Shown here: one piece after another, positions 59,922-64,000 of the stretch | Numbering within the stretch: position 1 is the first letter of the stretch | Layout: every line of letters begins with the position of its first letter | Origin: an uncultured Actinomycetota bacterium | GTDB taxonomy: Bacteria > Actinomycetota > Actinomycetes > DATJPE01 | NCBI GenBank assembly: GCA_963805505.1 | Contig: CAWDUP010000002.1 | Location: 700,493-764,492 of the forward strand | DNA: 64,000 nucleotides | Direction: 5' to 3' | The notes under the pieces: model-generated | What the model was told of the DNA's origin: nothing | Databases searched by the model: none | What the model saw: only the letters and a program-made list of their open reading frames with translations | Position numbers and translations under genes: made by a program

Positions 59922-60848
59922 GTGGTCGAGATCGTGGGGGGCCACGAAAGGAATCCCTTGTTCAGGACATCTGCTCGACTGCTGCCCGCTGGCGGTCGCT
60001 CGCGCGTCGTCGGCGGCCGCTCGGCCCTGGTCGTCGGGGCCGTTGCCGTGCTGGCTGCTGGTTCCGTGGTGGCCACGCTGCTGCCCGCCGCCCAGGCGCA
60101 GGTCGCCAAGACCCCAGCCACCAAGTCGCGGGTCATCAAGGACCCGGCGATCGTCGAGTCGAGCAGTCTGGCCCGCAGCTACTACGTCAAGTCCCGGCTA
60201 TGGACGGCCAACGACAGCGGCGGTGGTACGACCATCTATGCGATCGGCAAGCGCGGCGGGACCACCGCAAAGTTCGAGCTCCGGGGCGCATCGCACAAGG
60301 ACTGGGAGGGCATGGCCCGCACCGTCATCCACGGGGTGAGCTATCTCTACGTCGGGGACATCGGCGACAACGGCAAGAAGCGGTCGAGCATCTTCGTGCA
60401 CCGGTTGAAGGAGCCGAAACCGAGCAGGCACCACGGTTCGGTGAAGTACAAGACCTATGAGTTCAAGTACCCCGACGGAGCGCACAACGCCGAGGGCCTC
60501 ATGGTCAAGCCCGGACGATCCCACCGACTGTTCATCGTTTCCAAGGGCAAGAAGGTCGACGGCGCCATCTACCGTGCCCCGAAGAAGCTCTCGACCAGCG
60601 GCGTGAACTGGTTGAAGAAGGTGCAGACCGCCCCGCCCGGCATGTCTGATGCCGTCTTCTTGCCCGGTGGACGATTCATCTTGCGTGGCTACGTCAACGG
60701 GTGGTTGTACAAGAAGATTGGCGCTACCCCCACCGGCTTTGCGCTGCCCATTAAAGGCGAGAGCATCACCACCGCACGAAACAAGGACTTCGTGTTCGTG
60801 GGCCAAGAGGGCAGGCGCTCCAGCATCTGGCGGGTCAAGCTGCCTTGA
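59922..60848 (+). CDS. Secreted putative beta-propeller protein, paralog 1 (Lys-rich)
   Basis: Signal peptide; ESSSLA, WTANDSGG, DWEGMA, YVGDIGDN, YPDGAHNAE; start uncertain. Confidence 0.75.
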   Translation: MVEIVGGHERNPLFRTSARLLPAGGRSRVVGGRSALVVGAVAVLAAGSVVATLLPAAQAQVAKTPATKSRVIKDPAIVESSSLARSYYVKSRLWTANDSGGGTTIYAIGKRGGTTAKFELRGASHKDWEGMARTVIHGVSYLYVGDIGDNGKKRSSIFVHRLKEPKPSRHHGSVKYKTYEFKYPDGAHNAEGLMVKPGRSHRLFIVSKGKKVDGAIYRAPKKLSTSGVNWLKKVQTAPPGMSDAVFLPGGRFILRGYVNGWLYKKIGATPTGFALPIKGESITTARNKDFVFVGQEGRRSSIWRVKLP

Positions 60849-61720
60849 TCGACGACACCAGGTCTGGAGCGTTGCGAAGGAGTTCTGACCGGCGGGGCCG
60901 TACGGCTGCCGCCGTCGGTCTCGTTGGGCTGTCCCTGCTCTGCGTCGCGGGACTCGCGACTGCGGCAGCGGCCAAGGTGGCGGTGACGCCGTCGAGCAAA
61001 GTGCTGACCATCCAGGACCCGGCCATCGATGAGTCCAGCGGCCTGGCGACCAGCGGCTTCAGTACCAGCCGACTGTGGACGCACAACGACAGTGGCGGCG
61101 GCACGACGATCTACGCCCTGGGAGCGGATGGGCGAACGACGGCCCGCTTCGAACTGACCGGGGCATCCCACAAGGACTGGGAAGGAATGGCCCGCGCGGT
61201 CAGCGGCGGGGTCAGCTATCTCTACGTCGGGGACATCGGCGACAACGGCAAGAAGCGGTCGAGCATCTTCGTGCACCGCGTCAAGGAGCCGAGCCTGTCA
61301 ACGTCGGGCGGGTCCTTGGTGCCGACGACCTACGAGTTCACCTACCCAGACGGTCGGCACAACGCAGAGGGACTGATGGTCGACCCACGCACGTCCCGGA
61401 TCTACATCGTCAGCAAGGTCAAAGGCGCAGCGGGAGCGATCTACGCGGCACCCACGACCTTGTCCACGACAAAGGTGAACAAGTTGACTCGAGTCGGCGC
61501 GGCGCCGGCGGGCATGTCGGACGCGACCTTCCTGGCTGATGGGCGGTTCGTCCTGCGCGGCTATGTCAACGCCTGGCTGTACTCGTCCCTGAAGGCCACG
61601 CCGGTGGGATTCGCCTTGCCGCTCAAGGGCGAATCGATCACCCAGGACGGCACGTCGAAGCGGGTGCTTGTCGGGAGCGAGAAGCCACACTCGAGCATCT
61701 GGCGCGTGGCGCTCCCCTAG
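60845..61720 (+). CDS. Secreted putative beta-propeller protein, paralog 2
   Basis: Same motifs as the upstream paralog (ESSGLA, WTHNDSGG, DWEGMA, YVGDIGDN). Confidence 0.78.
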   Translation: MIDDTRSGALRRSSDRRGRTAAAVGLVGLSLLCVAGLATAAAAKVAVTPSSKVLTIQDPAIDESSGLATSGFSTSRLWTHNDSGGGTTIYALGADGRTTARFELTGASHKDWEGMARAVSGGVSYLYVGDIGDNGKKRSSIFVHRVKEPSLSTSGGSLVPTTYEFTYPDGRHNAEGLMVDPRTSRIYIVSKVKGAAGAIYAAPTTLSTTKVNKLTRVGAAPAGMSDATFLADGRFVLRGYVNAWLYSSLKATPVGFALPLKGESITQDGTSKRVLVGSEKPHSSIWRVALP

Positions 61721-61762
61721 CGCGCGGCGCGCAGCGGCCGGGCAGGGGGAGCCTTCGCCTGG

Positions 61763-62080
61763 TCAGTCCGGCGGATCCGCACCCTCCACGTGAATCGTGA
61801 GGGCGCTGAAGGGAATCCGTCGGCAGTCGTCGACGGTCTGCCCCTGATCGCGATGTCCTGGAGACCATGCCTCGACGGCCCGGTATGCGTAGCCGTCCTG
61901 CTCGGCCTCCTCGAACACGAACTCGACGATCTCTTGTGCCGCAAGAGAACGGAAGCCGGAACCCGAGACAGCGGCGAAGAGACACCAACAGCCGCCAGGT
62001 GTCTGTGGCGAGTCGAGAACACCCCAGCCCTGCTCCGAGTGCCACTCCCTGACGACACCCTTAGCTGGTCCCTGGGTCAC
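61763..62080 (-). CDS. Divergent cold-shock (CSD/OB-fold) domain protein
   Basis: KGVVREWHSEQGWGVL..CWCLFAAV..GFRSL....VEF pattern resembling RNP1/RNP2; start uncertain. Confidence 0.65.
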   Translation of the reverse strand: MTQGPAKGVVREWHSEQGWGVLDSPQTPGGCWCLFAAVSGSGFRSLAAQEIVEFVFEEAEQDGYAYRAVEAWSPGHRDQGQTVDDCRRIPFSALTIHVEGADPPD

Positions 62081-62170
62081 CCGAACATTCTTCCATGACG
62101 GCATCCCACAAACGGGAACGATCGGATCACCGCTGGGCAAGGTCATCGTGTTCGCCTCGAACTGGTCGGA

Positions 62171-63193
62171 TCAGCCTTCCTTGCCGAGCCACCAGAAGCT
62201 AAAGCCGGTCAACAGGCCGGACAGCAGCACAAGCAGCCCGGTCTCGGCCCACTGCAACGGCCAGAAGGCGCTTGCGGGCTGGTAGACGAGGAGCTGCCGG
62301 TACCCCTCGTCGTTCAACCTCGCGAAGCAGCTGTCTAGAGGGTCAGCGCCATTCGGTCGGCCGGCCCGCTGCTGCTCGTCGACCTTCGGCAGACAGTCGG
62401 CGAACCATGCTGGTGTGCTCGTCGCGCTTCCGGTGTTGTCGACCATCCGTTGAGACAGGATCCACGCATCGGAAGTCCCCGACGTCATCGCGATCTGGGG
62501 GATGGCCCCGTTGGGGTTGTTGCGGATGTAGTCGAGGTGAGCGCGATCGAAGGCGACCACCGTCGTCTCAGCTGGAATCAGGTGCGGACGCACCACAAGG
62601 GGCATGACGATCTGCACCGCGGCGACGAGGCCGAACACGATGGCCATAGCCGGAACCGTGCGCCGTAGGACCAGTCCTGCAGCCACGCCGATGCATATCG
62701 CGAGGACGGCGTAGCCGACGGGTACCAGCCCGCGCATGGAGAACGCGATGGGTGTCATCCGTGCCGGGAGGCTGCCGCCGCGCTCTCCCTCGGCCCCGTC
62801 CAGGAGAGCCGACCACCAGGTGATGACCCATGACAGGAGGCCGACGGCGGCAGCCGCCACTGCGGCGACTGCCGCCAGACGGAATCCGAGCCATCGGCGT
62901 CGAGTGATGGACTGGTTCCACACCAGTCGATGGGTGCCGTGCTCCAGCTCACGGGCGACCAGGGGCGCCCCGAGGAAGGCCCCGATGATGGCCGGGGCGA
63001 GGGCCAGCAGCATGACGCCGGCGTAGTAGAGGCGGCGGTCGTTCGGCGAGAGCAGGTCGTAGACGGCCGTACCGGTCCCTGCCAGCCGGACGAGGTGTGC
63101 GTGAGTGAAGACGCCGATCGCTGCGAGGACGACAACGCCGAGGAACAAGACGTAGGCAGGCGTTCGAGTCTGTCGCCAGGTGAGCCAGGTCAT
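62171..63193 (-). CDS. ABC transporter permease
   Basis: MTWLTWRQ, GAPLVARELEHGTHRLVWNQS, YQPASAFWPLQWAE; start ATG 63193. Confidence 0.85.
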   Translation of the reverse strand: MTWLTWRQTRTPAYVLFLGVVVLAAIGVFTHAHLVRLAGTGTAVYDLLSPNDRRLYYAGVMLLALAPAIIGAFLGAPLVARELEHGTHRLVWNQSITRRRWLGFRLAAVAAVAAAAVGLLSWVITWWSALLDGAEGERGGSLPARMTPIAFSMRGLVPVGYAVLAICIGVAAGLVLRRTVPAMAIVFGLVAAVQIVMPLVVRPHLIPAETTVVAFDRAHLDYIRNNPNGAIPQIAMTSGTSDAWILSQRMVDNTGSATSTPAWFADCLPKVDEQQRAGRPNGADPLDSCFARLNDEGYRQLLVYQPASAFWPLQWAETGLLVLLSGLLTGFSFWWLGKEG

Positions 63194-63999
63194 CGAACGG
63201 CCGCCAGAGGCTGGCGCTTGTCCCGATCGCCCTTGGCGGCCTGCATGTAGGCCAGGACCAGGTCTTCGAGGTCGAGCCGGCCGACGGTCCATGCAGGGTC
63301 CAGAGCGGGTTGCTGGGTACGAACGACGAAGCTCGACTGCCTGTCGGTGTGGCTTTCGGTGACCACTTCTTGGTCCGCGGGCAGGCGTGCGGCGTCTCGT
63401 CTCGGTCCGGTCAGGCGCACGTGGTCTTCCAACAGCTCGCTTACGTCCCCCTCGACGCGCACGAGGGACTCGACAAGCAGGATCAGGTGGTCGCAGACCC
63501 GCTCGAGGTCGGACACCACGTGAGAGGACAGGACGACGCTGAGCTCGTGCTCTGCGGCAGCCTCCATCAGGGTCTGCAAGAACTCGCGCCGGGCCAGCGG
63601 GTCGAGGCTGGCCACGGGCTCGTCCAAGACCAGCAGTTCTGGCCGTTTAGCCAGCCCAAGGGTCAGTGCGAGCTGGGCGCGTTCGCCGCCGGAGAGCCGC
63701 CCGGCTCGTTGATGCGGGTCCAGGCCGAGCTGTTCGATCCGGGTTCGGGCGATCGAGTCGTCCCAGCGCGGGTTGAGGTGGGAGCCAAGGCGAAGGTGCT
63801 CCTGCACGGTCATGCCCGCGTAGGTGGGTGTGTTCTGTGCGACGAAGCCCACCTTGGCGAGCTGATCGGCGGACGCTGCGGGCGCGCCCCCGCACGTCTC
63901 CACCGTGCCGGCGCTTGGCTTGATCATGCCGACCGCCAGACTGAGGAACGTCGTCTTGCCCGCCCCGTTGGGGCCGACCAGCCCGGTGACCTTGCCCGC
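63190..63999 (-). CDS. ABC transporter ATP-binding protein (5' truncated by window edge)
   Basis: GPNGAGKTT near the window end, LSGGERAQ, VLDEP, SSH. Confidence 0.9.
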   Translation of the reverse strand, partial: AGKVTGLVGPNGAGKTTFLSLAVGMIKPSAGTVETCGGAPAASADQLAKVGFVAQNTPTYAGMTVQEHLRLGSHLNPRWDDSIARTRIEQLGLDPHQRAGRLSGGERAQLALTLGLAKRPELLVLDEPVASLDPLARREFLQTLMEAAAEHELSVVLSSHVVSDLERVCDHLILLVESLVRVEGDVSELLEDHVRLTGPRRDAARLPADQEVVTESHTDRQSSFVVRTQQPALDPAWTVGRLDLEDLVLAYMQAAKGDRDKRQPLAAVR

Positions 64000-64000
64000 T

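Noticed and set aside
1-64000. tRNA, rRNA, IS/transposase, integrase or prophage genes
   Set aside because: None recognised by eye; intergenic gaps are short and no such protein motifs were seen (tRNAscan/Infernal not run)

Overview
High-GC actinobacterial chromosome segment lying just beside the replication origin. It starts inside yidC and follows the conserved oriC-flanking order jag-rsmG-parA-parB (two perfect parS sites), cwlM, trxAB, anti-sigma/sigM, pseudokinase, murJ, CCA enzyme, ino1/PadR, ponA, GT87, racemase-like/femX, rpsF-ssb-rpsR-rplI and dnaB (with a DnaA-box cluster). An accessory region follows: AAC(2')-like acetyltransferase, a second amidase, sugar porter, bkd/pdh E1-E2 operon, a frameshifted MatB-like ligase, an ECF sigma/anti-sigma/ABC module and tandem secreted paralogs. 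The most interesting signal is a three-gene TasA-like / SipW / LamG-lectin operon that looks like a lectin-tipped surface-fibre system. It shares a sigma-28-type promoter (TCAAG-N15-GCCGA) with a pilin-like + NlpC/P60 cassette inserted 30 kb away between murJ and its pseudokinase. Also notable: several short tandem arrays and a pair of REP-like hairpins bracketing the ECF module. No rRNA, tRNA, CRISPR array or transposase was recognised. All calls come from reading motifs and synteny; no database search was run.
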